Part shown: positions 15,001-30,000 of the stretch, piece by piece | How positions within the stretch are numbered: position 1 is the first letter of the stretch | Layout: each line of letters opens with the position of its first letter | Source of the DNA: Eledone cirrhosa | Lineage: Eukaryota | Assembly: GCA_964016885.1 (NCBI GenBank) | Contig: OZ024740.1 | Coordinates: 391,778,001-391,842,000, forward strand | DNA: 64,000 nucleotides | Direction: 5' to 3' | Notes under the pieces: model-generated | Told to the model about the DNA's origin: nothing | Seen by the model: the letters and a program-made list of their open reading frames with translations, nothing else | Databases searched by the model: none | Position numbers and translations under genes: made by a program

Positions 15001-18000
15001 TGGAATGGTATTGGCACCTGCATTGTTTGGAATGGTATTGGCACCAGCATTGTTTGTAATGGTATTGGCACCAGCATTGTTTGGAATGGTATTGGCACCA
15101 GCATTGTTTGGAATGGTATTGGCACCAGCATTGTTTGGAATGTATTGGCACCAGCATTGTTTGGAATGGTATTGGCACCAGCATTGTTTCGAACGGTATT
15201 GGCACCAGCATTGTTTGGAATGGTATTGGCACCAGCATTGTTTGGAGTGGTATTGGCACCAGTATTGTTTGGAATGGTATTGGCACCAGCATTATTTGTA
15301 GTGTTATTGGTACCACCATTGTTTGGAATGGTATTGGCACCAGCATTGTTTGGAATGGTATTGGTACTAGCATTGTTTGGAATGGTATTGGCACCAGTAT
15401 TGTTTGGAGTGGTATTGGCACCAGCATTGTTTGCAATGGTATTGGCACCAGCATTGTTTGGAGTGCTATTGGCCCCAGCATAGTTTGGAGTGGTATTGGC
15501 ACCAGCATTGTTTGGAATAGTATTGGCACCAGCATTGTTTGGAATGGTATTGGCACCAGCATTGTTTGGAATGGTATTGGCACCAGCATTGTTTGGAGTG
15601 GTATTGGCACCAGCATTGTTTGGAGTGGTATTGGTACCAGCATTGTTTGGAATGGTATTGGCACCAGGATTGTTTGGAATGGTATTGGCACCAGTATTGT
15701 TTGGAATGGTATTGGCACCAGCATTATTTTGAGTGGTATTGGTACCAGCATTGTTTGGAATGGTATTGGCACCTGCATTGTTTGGAATGGTATTGGCATC
15801 AGCATTATTTGTAATGGTATTGGCACCAGCATTGTTTGGAATGGTATTGGCACCAGCATTGTTTGGAATGGTATTGGCACCAGCATTGTTTGGAATGGTA
15901 TTGGCACCAGCATTGTTTGGAGTGGTATTGGCACCAGCATTGTTTGGAATGGTATTGGCACCAGCATTGTTTGAAGTGGTATTGGCACCAGCATTGTTTG
16001 GAATGGTATTAGCACCAGCATTGTTTGGAGTGGTATTGACACCAGCATTGTTTGGAATGGTATTGGCACCAGCATTGTTTGGAGTGGTATTGGCACCAGC
16101 ATTGTTTGGAATGGTATTGGTACTAGCATTGTTTGGAATGGTATTGGCACCAGTATTGTTTGGAGTGGTATTGGCACCAGCATTGTTTGGAATGGTATTG
16201 GCACCAGCATTGTTTGGAATGGTATTGGCACCAGCATTGTTTGGAATGGTATTGGCACCAGCATTGTTTGGAATGGTATTGGCACCAGCATTGTTTGGAG
16301 TTGTATTGGCACCAGCATTGTTCGGAATGGTATTAGCACCAGTATTGTTTGGAGTGGTATTGGCACCAGTATTGTTTGGAATGGTATTGGCACCAGCATT
16401 ATTTGTAGTGTTATTGGTACCACCATTGTTTGGAATGGTATTGGCACCAGCATTGTTTGGAATGGTATTGGCACCAGCATTGTTTGGAGTGGTATTGGCA
16501 CCAGCATTGTTTGGAGTGGTATTGGCACCAGCATTATTTGGAATGGTATTGGCACCAGCATTGTTTGGAATGGTATTGGCACCAACATTGTTTAGAGTGG
16601 TATTGGCACCGGCATTGTTTGGAATTTTATTGGCACCAGCATTGTTTGGAGTGGTATTGGCACCAGCATTGTTTGGAGTGGTATTGGCACCAGCATTGTT
16701 TGGAATGGTATTGGCACCAACATTGTTTGGAGTGGTATTGGCACCAGCATTGTTTGGAATGGTATTGGCACCAGCATTGTTTGGAGTGGTATTGGCACCA
16801 GCATTGTTGGGAATGGTATTGGCACCAGCATTGTTTGGAGTGGTATTGGCACCAGTATTGTTTGGAATGGTATTGGCACCAGCATTGTTTGGAGTGGTAT
16901 TGACACCAGCATTGTTTGGAATGGTATTGGCACCAGCATTGTTTGGAATGGTATTGGCACCAGCATTGTTTGGAGTGGTATTGGCACCAGCATTGTTTGG
17001 AGTGGTATTGGCACCAGCATTGTTTGGAATGGTATTGGCACCAGCATTGTTTGGAGTGGTATTGGCACCAGCATTGTTTGGAGTGGTATTGGCACCAGCA
17101 TTGTTTGGAATGGTATTGGCACCAGCATTGTTTGTAATGGTATTGGTACCAGCATTGTTTGGAGTGGTATTGGCACCAGCATTGTTTGGAATGGTATTGG
17201 CACCAGCATTGTTTGGAATGGTATTGGCACCAGCATTGTTTGGAATGGTATTGGCACCAGCATTGTTTGGAATGGTATTGGCACCAACATTGTTTAGAGT
17301 GGTATTGGCACCAGCATTGTTTGGAGTGGTATTGGCACCAACATTGTTTGGAATCGTATTGGCACCAACATTGTTTGGAGTGGTATTGGCACCAGCATTG
17401 TTTGGAATGGTATTAGCACCAGCATTGTTTGGAGCGGTATTGACACCAGCATTGTTTGGAATGGTATTGGCACCAGCATTGTTTGGAGTGGTATTGGCAC
17501 CAGAATTGTTTGGAGTGGTATTGGCACCCGCATTGTTTGGAATGGTATTGGCACCAGCATTGTTTGGAGTGGTATTGGCACCAGCATTGTTTGGAGTGGT
17601 ATTGGCACTAGCATTGTTTGGAATGGTATTGGCACCAGCATTGTTTGGAGTGGTATTGGCACCAGCATTATTTGGAATGTTATTGGCACCAGCATTGTTT
17701 GGAATGGTATTGGCACCAGCATTGTTTGTAATGGTATTGACACCAGCATTGTTTGTAATGGTATTGGCACCAGCATTGTTTGGAGTTGTATTGGCACCAG
17801 CATTGTTCGGAATGGTATTGGCACCAGTATTGTTTGGAGTGGTATTGGCACCAGTATTGTTTGGAATGGTATTGGCACCAGCATTATTTGTAGTGTTATT
17901 GGTACCACCATTGTTTGGAATGGTATTGGCACCAGCATTGTTTGGAATGGTATTGGCACCAGCATTGTTTGGAATGGTATTGACACCAGACTCGTTTGGA

Positions 18001-21000
18001 ATGGTATTGGCACCAGCATTGTTTGGAGTGTTATTGGCACCAGCATTGTTTGGAATGGTATTGGCACCCGCATTGTTTGGAATGGTATTGGCACCAGCAT
18101 TGCTTGGAATGGTACTGGCACCAGCATTGTTTGGAGTGCTATTGGCCCCAGCATTGTTTGGAGTGGTATAGGCACCAGCATTGTTTGGAATGGTATTGGC
18201 ACCAGCATTGTTTGGAATGGTATTGGCACCAGCATTGTTTGGAGTGGTATTGGCACCAGCATTGTTTGGAGTGGTATTGGTACCAGCATTGTTTGGAATG
18301 GTATTGGCACCAGTATTGTTTGGAATGGTATTGGCACCAGCATTGTTTGGAATGGTATTGGCACCAGCATTATTTGGAGTGGTATTTGTACCAGCATTGT
18401 TTGGAATGGTATTGGCACCTGCATTGTTTGGAATGGTATTGGCACCAGCATTGTTTGTAATGGTATTGGCACCAGCATTGTTTGGAATGGTATTGGCACC
18501 AGCATTGTTTGGAATGGTATTGGCACCAGCATTGTTTGGAATGTATTGGCACCAGCATTGTTTGGAATGGTATTGGCACCAGCATTGTTTCGAACGGTAT
18601 TGGCACCAGCATTGTTTGGAATGGTATTGGCACCAGCATTGTTTGGAGTGGTATTGGCACCAGTATTGTTTGGAATGGTATTGGCACCAGCATTATTTGT
18701 AGTGTTATTGGTACCACCATTGTTTGGAATGGTATTGGCACCAACATTGTTTGGAATGGTATTGGTACTAGCATTGTTTGGAATGGTATTGGCACCAGTA
18801 TTGTTTGGAGTGGTATTGGCACCAGCATTGTTTGCAATGGTATTGGCACCAGCATTGTTTGGAGTGGTATTGGCACCAGCATTGTTTGGAATGGTATTGG
18901 CACCAGCATTGTTTGGAATGGTATTGGCACCAGCATTGTTTGGAATGGTATTGGCACCAGCATTGTTTGTAATGGTATTGGCACCAGCATTGTTTGGAGT
19001 TGTATTGGCACCAGCATTGTTCGGAATGGTATTAGCACCAGTATTGTTTGGAGTGGTATTGGCACCAGTATTGTTTGGAATGGTATTGGCACCAGCATTA
19101 TTTGTAGTGTTATTGGTACCACCATTGTTTGGAATGGTATTGGCACCAGCATTGTTTGGAATGGTATTGGCACTAGAATCGTTTGGAATGGTATTGGCAC
19201 CAGCATTGTTTGGAGTGGTATTGGCACCAGCATTGTTTGGAATGGTATTGGCACCAGCATTGTTTGGAATGGTATTGGCACCAACATTGTTTAGAGTGGT
19301 ATTGGCACCGGCATTGTTTGGAATTTTATTGGCACCAGCATTGTTTGGAGTGGTATTGGCACCAGCATTGTTTGGAGTGGTATTGGCACCAGTATTGTTT
19401 GGAATGGTATTGGCACCAACATTGTTTGGAGTGGTATTGGCACCAGCATTGTTTGGAATGGTATTGGCACCAGCATTGTTTGGAGTGGTATTGGCACCAG
19501 CATTGTTTGGAATGGTATTGGCACCAGCATTGTTTGGAGTGGTATTGGCACCAGCATTGTTTGGAATGGTATTAGCACCAGCATTGTTTGGAGTGGTATT
19601 GACACCAGCATTGTTTGGAATGGTATTGGCACCAGCATTGTTTGGAGTGGTATTGGAACCAGCATTGTTTGGAGTGGTATTGGCACCAGCATTGTTTGGA
19701 ATGGTATTGGCACCAACATTGTTTGGAGTGGTATTGGCACCAGCATTGTTTGGAGTGGTACTGGCACTAGCATTGTTTGGAATGGTATTGGCACCAGCAT
19801 TGTTTGGAGTGGTATTGGCACCAGCATTGTTTGGAATGGTATTGGCACTAGCATTGTTTGGAGTGGTATTGGCACCAGCATTGTTTGGAATGGTATTGGC
19901 ACCAGCATTGTTTGGAATGGTATTGGCACCAGCATTGTTTAGAATGGTATTGGCACCAGCATTGTTTGGAATGGTATTGGCACCAGCATTGTTTGGAATG
20001 GTATTGGACCCAACATTGTTTAGAGTGGTATTGGCACCAGCATTGTTTGGAGTGGTATTGGCACCAACATTGTTTGGAATCGTATTGGCACCAACATTGT
20101 TTGGAGTGGTATTGGCACCAGCATTGTTTGGAATGGTATTAGCACCAGCATTGTTTGGAGTGGTATTGACACCAGCATTGTTTGGAATGGTATTGGCACC
20201 AGCATTGTTTGGAGTGGTATTGGCACCAGAATTGTTTGGAGTGGTATTGGCACCCGCATTGTTTGGAATGGTATTGGCACCAGCATTGTTTGGAGTGGTA
20301 TTGGCACCAGCATTGTTTGGAGTGGTATTGGCACTAGCATTGTTTGGAATGGTATTGACACCAGCATTGTTTGGAGTGGTATTGGCACCAGCATTGTTTG
20401 GAATGGTATTGGCACTAGCATTGTTTGGAATGGTATTGGTACCAGCATTGTTTGGAATGGTATTGGCACCAGGATTGTTTGTAATGGTATTGGCACCAGC
20501 ATTGTTTGGAATGGTATTGGCACCAGCATTGTTTTGGAATGGTATTAGCACCAGAATTGTTTGGAATACTATTAGAACCAGCATTGTTTGGAATGGTATT
20601 GGTACTAGCATTGTTTGGAATGGTATTGGCCCCAGTATTGTTTGGAGTGGTATTGGCACCAGCATTGTTTGCAATGGTATTGGCACCAGCATTGTTTGGA
20701 GTGGTATTGGCACCAGCATTATTTGGAATGTTATTGGCACCAGCATTGTTTGTAATGGTATTGGCACCAGCATTGTTTGGAGTTGTATTGGCACCAGCAT
20801 TGTTCGGAATGGTATTGGCACCAGTATTGTTTGGAGTGGTATTGGCACCAGTATTGTTTGGAATGGTATTGGCACCAGCATTATTTGTAGTGTTATTGGT
20901 ACCACCATTGTTTGGAATGGTATTGGCACCAGCATTGTTTGGAATGGTATTGACACCAGAATCGTTTGGAATGGTATTGGCACCAGCATTGTTTGGAGTG

Positions 21001-24000
21001 TTATTGGCACCAGCATTGTTTGGAATGGTATTGACACCAGCATTGTTTGGAATGGTATTGACACCAGCATTGTTTGGAATGGTATTGGCACCAGCATTGC
21101 TTGGAATGGTACTGGCACCAGCATTGTTTGGAGTGCTATTGGCACCAGCATTGTTTGGAGTGGTATTGGCACCAGCATTGTTTGGAGTGGTATTGGCACC
21201 AGCATTGTTTGGAATGGTATTGGCACCAGCATTGTTTGGAATGGTATTGGCACCAGCATTGCTTGGAATGGTACTGGCACCAGCATTGTTTGGAGTGCTA
21301 TTGGCCCCAGCATTGTTTGGAGTGGTATTGGCACCAGCATTGTTTGGAATGGTATTGGCACCAGCATTGTTTGGAATGGTATTGGCACCAGCATTGTTTG
21401 GAGTGGTATTGGCACCAGCATTTTTTGGAGTGGTATTGGTACCAGCATTGTTTAGAATGGTATGGGCACCAGGATTGTTTGGAATGGTATTGGCACCAGC
21501 ATTGTTTGGAATGGTATTGGCACCAGCATTATTTGGAGTGGTATTTGTACCAGCATTGTTTGGAATGGTATTGGCACCTGCATTGTTTGGAATGGTATTG
21601 GCACCAGCATTGTTTGGAATGGTATTGGCACCAGCATTGTTTGGAATGGTATTGGCACCAGCATTGTTTGGAATGGTATTGGCACCAGCATTGTTTGGAA
21701 TGGTATTGGCACCAGCATTGTTTCGAATGGTATTGGCACCAGCATTGTTTGGAATGGTATTGGCACCAGCATTGTTTGGAGTGGTATTGGCACCAGCATT
21801 GTTTGGAGTGGTATTGGCACCAGCATTGTTTGGAATGGTATTAGCACCAGCATTGTTTGGAATGGTATTGGCACCAGCATTGTTTGGAGTGGTATTGGCA
21901 CCAGCATTGTTTGGAGTGGTATTGGCACCAGCATTGTTTGGAATGGTATTAGCACCAGCATTGTTTGGAATGGTATTGGCACCAGTATTGTTTGGAGTGG
22001 TATTGGCACCAGCATTGTTTGGAATGGTATTAGCACCAGCATTGTTTGGAATGGTATTGGCACCAGCATTGTTTGGAGTGGTATTGGCACCAGCATTGTT
22101 TGGAGTGGTATTGGCACAAGCATTGTTTGGAGTGGTATTGGCACCAGCATTGTTTGGAGTGGTATTGGCACCAGCATTGTTTGGAATGGTATTGGCACCA
22201 GCATTGTTTGGAGTGGTATTGGCACCAGCATTGTTTGGAGTGGTATTGGCACCAGCATTGTTTGTAATGGTATTGGCACCAGCATTGTTTGTAATGGTAT
22301 TGGCACCAGCATTGTTTGGAATGGTATTGGCCCCAGCATTGTTTGGAGTGGTATTGGCACCAGCATTGTTTGGAATGGTATTGGCACCAGCATTGTTTGT
22401 AATGGTATTGGCACCAGCATTGTTTGTAATGGTATTGGCACTAGCATTGTTAGGAGTGGTATTGGTACCAGCATTGTTTGGAATGGTATTGGCACCAGCA
22501 TTGTTTGTAATGGTATTGGCACTAGCATTGTTAGGAGTGGTATTGGTACCAGCATTGTTTGGAATGGTATTGGCACTAGCATTGTTTGGAATGGTATTGG
22601 CACCAGCATTGTTTGGAATGGTATTGGCACTAGCATTGTTAGGAGTGGTATTGGTACCAGCATTGTTTGGAATGGTATTGGCACCAGCATTGTTTGTAAT
22701 GGTATTGGCACTAGCATTGTTAGGAGTGGTATTGGTACCAGCATTGTTTGGAATGGTATTGGCACTAGCATTGTTTGGAATGGTATTGGCACCAGCATTG
22801 TTTGGAATGGTATTGGCACTAGCATTGTTAGGAGTGGTATTGGCACCAGCATTGTTTGTAATGGTATTGGCACCAGCACCGTTTGGAATGGTATTGGCAC
22901 CAGCATTGTTTGGAGTGGTATTGGCACCAGCATTGTTTGCAATGGTATTGGCACCAGCATTGTTTGGAATGGTATTGGTACCAGCATTGTTTGGAGTGGT
23001 ATTGGCACCAGCATTGTTTGTAATAGTATTGGCACCAGCATTGTTTGAAGTGGTATTGGCACCAGGATTGTTTGGAATGGTATTGGCACTAGCATTGTTT
23101 GGAATGGTATTGGCACCAGGATTGTTTGGAGTGGTATAGGCACCAGCATTGTTTGGAGTGGTATTGGCACTAGCATTGTTTGGAGTGGTATTGGCACCAG
23201 GATTGTTTGGAGTGGTATAGGCACCAGCATTGTTTGGAGTGGTATAGGTACCAGCATTGTTTGGAATGGTATTGGTACCAGGATTGTTTGGAGTGGTATA
23301 GGCACCAGCATTGTTTGAAGTGGTATAGGTACCAGCATTGTTTGGAATGGTATAGGTACCAGCATTGTTTGGAATGGTATTGGCACCAGCATTGTTTGGA
23401 ATGGTATTGGCACCAGGATTGTTTGTAATGGTATTGGCACCAGCATTGTTTGTAATGGTATTGGCACCAGCATTGTTTGGAGTGGTATTGGCACCAGCAT
23501 TGTTTGGAGTGGTATTGGCACCAGCATTGTTTGGAATGGTATTGGCACCAGCATTGTTTGGAGTGGTATTGGCACTAGCATTGTTTGGAATGGTATTGGC
23601 ACCAGCATTGTTTGGAATGGTATTGGCACCAGCATTGTTTGGAGTGGTATTGGCACCAGCATTGTTTGGAGTGGTATTGGCACCAGCATTGTTTGGAGTG
23701 GTATTGGCACTAGCATTGTTTGGAATGGTATTGGCACCAGCATTGTTTGGAGTGGTATTGGCACCAGCATTGTTTGGAGTGGTATTGGCACCAACATTGT
23801 TTGGAATGGTATTGGCACCAGCATTGTTTGGAATGGTATTGGCACCAGCATTGTTTGGAGTGGTATTGGCACCAGCATTGTTTGGAATGGTATTGGCACC
23901 AGCATTGTTTGGAATGGTATTGGCACCAGCATTGTTTGGAATGGTATTGGCACCAGCATTGTTTGGAGTGGTATTGGCACCAGCATTGTTTGGAGTGGTA

Positions 24001-27000
24001 TTGGCACCAGCATTGTTTGGAGTGGTATTGGCACCAGCATTGTTTGGAATGGTATTGGCACCAACATTGTTTGGAATGGTATTGGCACCAGGATTGTTTG
24101 GAGTGGTATAGGCACCAGCATTGTTTGGAATGGTATTGGTACCAGCATATGTTGGAATGGTATTGGCACCAGCATTGTTTGGAGTGGTATTGGCACCAGC
24201 ATTGTTTGGAATGGTATTGGCACCAGCATTGTTTGGAGTGGTATTGGCACCAGCATTGTTTGGAGTGGTATTGGCACCAGCATTGTTTGGAATGGTATTG
24301 GCACCAACATTGTAGGAGTGGTATTGGCACCAGCATTGTTAGGAGTGGTATTGGCACTAGCATTGTTTGGAATGGTATTGGCACCAGCATTGTTAGGAGT
24401 GGTATTGACACTAGCATTGTTTGGAATGGTATTGTTACCAGCATTGTTTGGAGTGGTATTGGCACCAGCATTGTTAGGAGTGGTATTGGCACCAGCATTG
24501 TTTGGAGTGGTATTGGCACTAGCATTGTTTGGAATGGTATTGGCACCAGCATTGTTTGGAGTGGTATTGGCACCAGCATTGTTTGGAATGGTATTGGCAC
24601 CAGCATTGTTTGGAGTGGTATTGGCACCAGCATTGTTTGGAGTGGTATTGGCACTAGCATTGTTTGGAATGGTATTGGCACCAGCATTGTTTGGAATGGT
24701 ATTGGCACCAGCATTGTTTGGAGTGGTATTGGCACCAGCATTGTTTGGAATGGTATTGGCACCAGCATTGTTTGGAGTGGTATTGGTACCAGCATTGGTT
24801 GTAATGGTATTGGCACCAGCATTGTTTGGAATGGTATTGGCACCAGCATTGTTTGGAGTGGTATTGGTACCAGCATTGTTTGTAATGGTATTGGCACCAG
24901 CATTGTTTGGAATGGTATAGGTACCAGCATTGTTTGTAATGGTATTGGCACCAGCATTGTTTGTAATGGTATTGGCACCAGCATTGTTTGGAGTGGTATT
25001 GGCACAAGCATTGTTTGGAGTGGTATTGGCACCAGCATTGTTAGGAGTGGTATTGGCACCAGCATTGTTTGTAATGGTATTGGCACCAGCATTGTTTGTA
25101 ATGGTATTGGCACCAGCATTGTTTGGAATGGTATTGGCCCCAGCATTGTTTGGAGTGGTATTGGCACCAGCATTGTTTGGAATGGTATTGGCACCTGCAT
25201 TGTTTGGAATGGTATTGGCACCAGCATTGTTTGTAATGGTATTGGCACCAGCATTGTTTGGAATGGTATTGGCACCAGCATTGTTTGGAGTGGTATTGGC
25301 ACCAGCATTGTTTGGAATGGTATTGGCCCCAGCATTGTTTGGAGTGGTATTGGCACCAGCATTGTTTGGAATGGTATTAGCACCAGCATTGTTTGGAGTG
25401 GTATTGGCACCAGCATTGTTTGTAATGGTATTGGCACCAGCATTGTTTGGAATGGTATTGGCACCAGCATTGTTTGGAGTGGTATTGGCACCAGCATTGT
25501 TTGGAATGGTATTGGCCCCAGCATTGTTTGGAGTGGTATTGGCACCAGCATTGTTTGGAATGGTATTGGCACCAGCATTGTTTGGAGTGGTATTGGCACC
25601 AGCATTGTTTGTAATGGTATTGGCACCAGCATTGTTTGTAATGGTATTGGCACCAGCATTGTTTGGAATGGTATTGGCCCCAGCATTGTTTGGAGTGGTA
25701 TTGGCACCAGCATTGTTTGGAATGGTATTGGCACCTGCATTGTTTGGAATGGTATTGGCATCAGCATTGTTTGTAATGGTATTGGCACCAGCATTGTTTG
25801 TAATGGTATTGGCACCAGCATTGTTTGGAATGGTATTGGCCCCAGCATTGTTTGGAGTGGTATTGGCACCAGCATTGTTTGGAATGGTATTGGCATCTGC
25901 ATTGTTTGGAATGGTATTGGCATCAGCATTGTTTGTAATGGTATTGGCACCAGCATTGTTTGTAATGGTATTGGCACCAGCATTGTTTGGAATGGTATTG
26001 GCCCCAGCATTGTTTGGAGTGGTATTGGCACCAGCATTGTTTGGAATGGTATTGGCACCTGCATCGTTTGGAATGGTATTGGCATCAGCATTGTTTGTAA
26101 TGGTATTGGCACCAGCATTGTTTGTAATGGTATTGGCACCAGCATTGTTTGGAATGGTATTGGCCCCAGCATTGTTTGGAGTGGTATTGGCACCAGCATT
26201 GTTTGGAATGGTATTGGCACCAGCATTGTTTGGAGTGGTATTGGCACCAGCATTGTTTGTAATGGTATTGGCACCAGCATTGTTTGTAATGGTATTGGCA
26301 CCAGGATTGTTTGGAATGGTATTGGCTCCAGCATTGTTTGGAGTGGTATTGGCACCAGCATTGTTTGTAATGGTATTGGCACCAGCATTGTTTGGAATGG
26401 TATTGGCCCCAGCATTGTTTGGAGTGGTATTGGCACCAGCATTGTTTGGAATGGTATTGGCACCTGCATTGTTTGGAATGGTATTGGCATCAGCATTGTT
26501 TGTAATGGTATTGGCACCAGCATTGTTTGGAGTGGTATTGGCCCCAGCATTGTTTGGAGTGGTATTGGCACCAGCATTGTTTGAAGTGGTATTGGCACCA
26601 GGATTGTTTGGAAGGGTATTGGCACCAGCATTGTTTAGAAAGGTATTGGCACCAGCATTGTTTGGAATAGTATTGGCACCAGCATTGTTTGAAGTGGTAT
26701 TGGTACCAGCATTGTTTGAAGTGGTATTGGCACCAGCATTGTTTGGAATGGTATTGGCACCAGCATTGTTTGTAATAGTATTGGCACCAGCATTGTTTGA
26801 AGTGGTATTGGCACCAGCATTGTTTGGAATGGTATTGGTACCAGCATTGTTTGGAGTGGTATTGGCACCAGCATTGTTTGGAGTGGTATTGGCACCAGCA
26901 TTGTTTGGAGTGGTATTGGCACTAGCATTGTTTGGAATGGTATTGGCACCAGCATTGTTTGGAATGGTATTGGCACCAGCATTGTTTGGAGTGGTATTGG

Positions 27001-30000
27001 CACCAGCATTGTTTGGAATGGTATTGGCACCAGCATTGTTTGGAGTGGTATTGGTACCAGCATTGTTTGTAATGGTATTGGCACCAGCATTGTTTGGAGT
27101 GGTATTGGCACCAGCATTGTTAGGAGTGGTATTGGCACCAGCATTGTTTGTAATGGTATTGGCACCAGCATTGTTTGTAATGGTATTGGCACCAGCATTG
27201 TTAGGAGTGGTATTGGCACAAGCATTGTTTGGAGTGGTATTGGCACCAGCATTGTTTGGAGTGGTATTGGCACCAGCATTGTTTGGAATGGTATTGGCAC
27301 CAGCATTGTTTGGAGTGGTATTGGCTCCAGCATTGTTTGGAATGGTATTGGCACCTGCATTGTTTGGAATGGTATTGGCATCAGCATTGTTTGGAGTGGT
27401 ATTGGCACCAGCATTGTTTGTAATGGTATTGGCACCAGCATTGTTTGGAATGGTATTGGCACCAGCATTGTTTGGAATGGTATTGGCACCAGCATTGTTT
27501 GGAATGGTATTGGCCCCAGCATTGTTTGGAGTGGTATTGGCACCAGCATTGTTTGGAGTGGTATTGGCACCAGCATTGTTTGTAATGGTATTGGCACCAG
27601 CATTGTTTGGAATGGTATTGGCCCCAGCATTGTTTGGAGTGGTATTGGCACCAGCATTGTTTGGAATGGTATTGGCACCTGCATTGTTTGGAATGGTATT
27701 GGCATCAGCATTGTTTGTAATGGTATTGGCACCAGCATTGTTTGGAGTGGTATTGGCCCCAGCATTGTTTGGAGTGGTATTGGCACCAGCATTGTTTGAA
27801 GTGGTATTGGCACCAGGATTGTTTGGAAGGGTATTGGCACCAGCATTGTTTAGAAAGGTATTGGCACCAGCATTGTTTGGAATAGTATTGGCACCAGCAT
27901 TGTTTGAAGTGGTATTGGTACCAGCATTGTTTGAAGTGGTATTGGCACCAGCATTGTTTGGAATGGTATTGGTACCAGCATTGTTTGGAGTGGTATTGGC
28001 ACCAGCATTGTTTGGAGTGGTATTGGCACCAGCATTGTTTGGAGTGGTATTGGCACTAGCATTGTTTGGAATGGTATTGGCACCAGCATTGTTTGGAATG
28101 GTATTGGCACCAGCATTGTTTGGAGTGGTATTGGCACCAGCATTGTTTGGAATGGTATTGGCACCAGCATTGTTTGGAGTGGTATTGGTACCAGCATTGT
28201 TTGTAATGGTATTGGCACCAGCATTGTTTGGAGTGGTATTGGCACCAGCATTGTTAGGAGTGGTATTGGCACCAGCATTGTTTGTAATGGTATTGGCACC
28301 AGCATTGTTTGTAATGGTATTGGCACCAGCATTGTTTGGAGTGGTATTGGCACAAGCATTGTTTGGAGTGGTATTGGCACCAGCATTGTTTGGAGTGGTA
28401 TTGGCACCAGCATTGTTTGGAATGGTATTGGCACCAGCATTGTTTGGAGTGGTATTGGCTCCAGCATTGTTTGGAATGGTATTGGCACCTGCATTGTTTG
28501 GAATGGTATTGGCATCAGCATTGTTTGGAGTGGTATTGGCACCAGCATTGTTTGTAATGGTATTGGCACCAGCATTGTTTGGAATGGTATTGGCACCAGC
28601 ATTGTTTGGAATGGTATTGGCACCAGCATTGTTTGGAATGGTATTGGCCCCAGCATTGTTTGGAGTGGTATTGGCACCAGCATTGTTTGGAATGGTATTG
28701 GCACCTGCATTGTTTGGAATGGTATTGGCATCAGCATTGTTTGTAATGGTATTGGCACCAGCATTGTTTGTAATGGTATTGGCACCAGCATTGTTTGGAA
28801 TGGTATTGGCCCCAGCATTGTTTGGAGTGGTATTGGCACCAGCATTGTTTGGAATGGTATTGGCACCTGCATTGTTTGGAATGGTATTGGCATCAGCATT
28901 GTTTGTAATGGTATTGGCACCAGCATTGTTTGTAATGGTATTGGCACCAGCATTGTTTGGAATGGTATTGGCCCCAGCATTGTTTGGAGTGGTATTGGCA
29001 CCAGCATTGTTTGTAATGGTATTGGCACCAGCATTGTTTGGAGTGGTATTGGCACCAGCATTGTTTGGAGTGGTATTGGCACCAGCATTGTTTGGAATGG
29101 TATTGGCACCAGCATTGTTTGGAGTGGTATTGGCACCAGCATTGTTTGTAATGGTATTGGCACCAGCATTGTTTGTAATGGTATTGGCACCAGGATTGTT
29201 TGGAATGGTATTGGCACCAGCATTGTTTGGAGTGGTATTGGCACCAGCATTGTTTGTAATGGTATTGGCACCAGCATTGTTTGGAATGGTATTGGCCCCA
29301 GCATTGTTTGGAGTGGTATTGGCACCAGCATTGTTTGGAATGGTATTGGCACCTGCATTGTTTGGAATGGTATTGGCATCAGCATTGTTTGTAATGGTAT
29401 TGGCACCAGCATTGTTTGGAGTGGTATTGGCCCCAGCATTGTTTGGAGTGGTATTGGCACCAGCATTGTTTGAAGTGGTATTGGCACCAGGATTGTTTGG
29501 AAGGGTATTGGCACCAGCATTGTTTAGAAAGGTATTGGCACCAGCATTGTTTGGAATAGTATTGGCACCAGCATTGTTTGAAGTGGTATTGGTACCAGCA
29601 TTGTTTGAAGTGGTATTGGCACCAGCATTGTTTGGAATGGTATTGGCACCAGCATTGTTTGTAATAGTATTGGCACCAGCATTGTTTGAAGTGGTATTGG
29701 CACCAGCATTGTTTGGAATGGTATTGGTACCAGCATTGTCTGGAGTGGTATTGGCACCAGCATTGTTTGGAGTGGTATTGGCACCAGCATTGTTTGGAAT
29801 GATATTGGCACCAGCATTGTTTGGAATGGTATTGGCACCAGCATTGTTTGGAATGGTATTGGCACCAGCATTGTTTGGAATGGTATTGGCACCAGCATTG
29901 TTTGGAATGGTATTGGCACCAGCATTGTTTGGAATGGTATTGGTACCAGCATTGTTTGGAATGGTATTGGCACCAGCATTGATTGTAATGGTATTGGCAC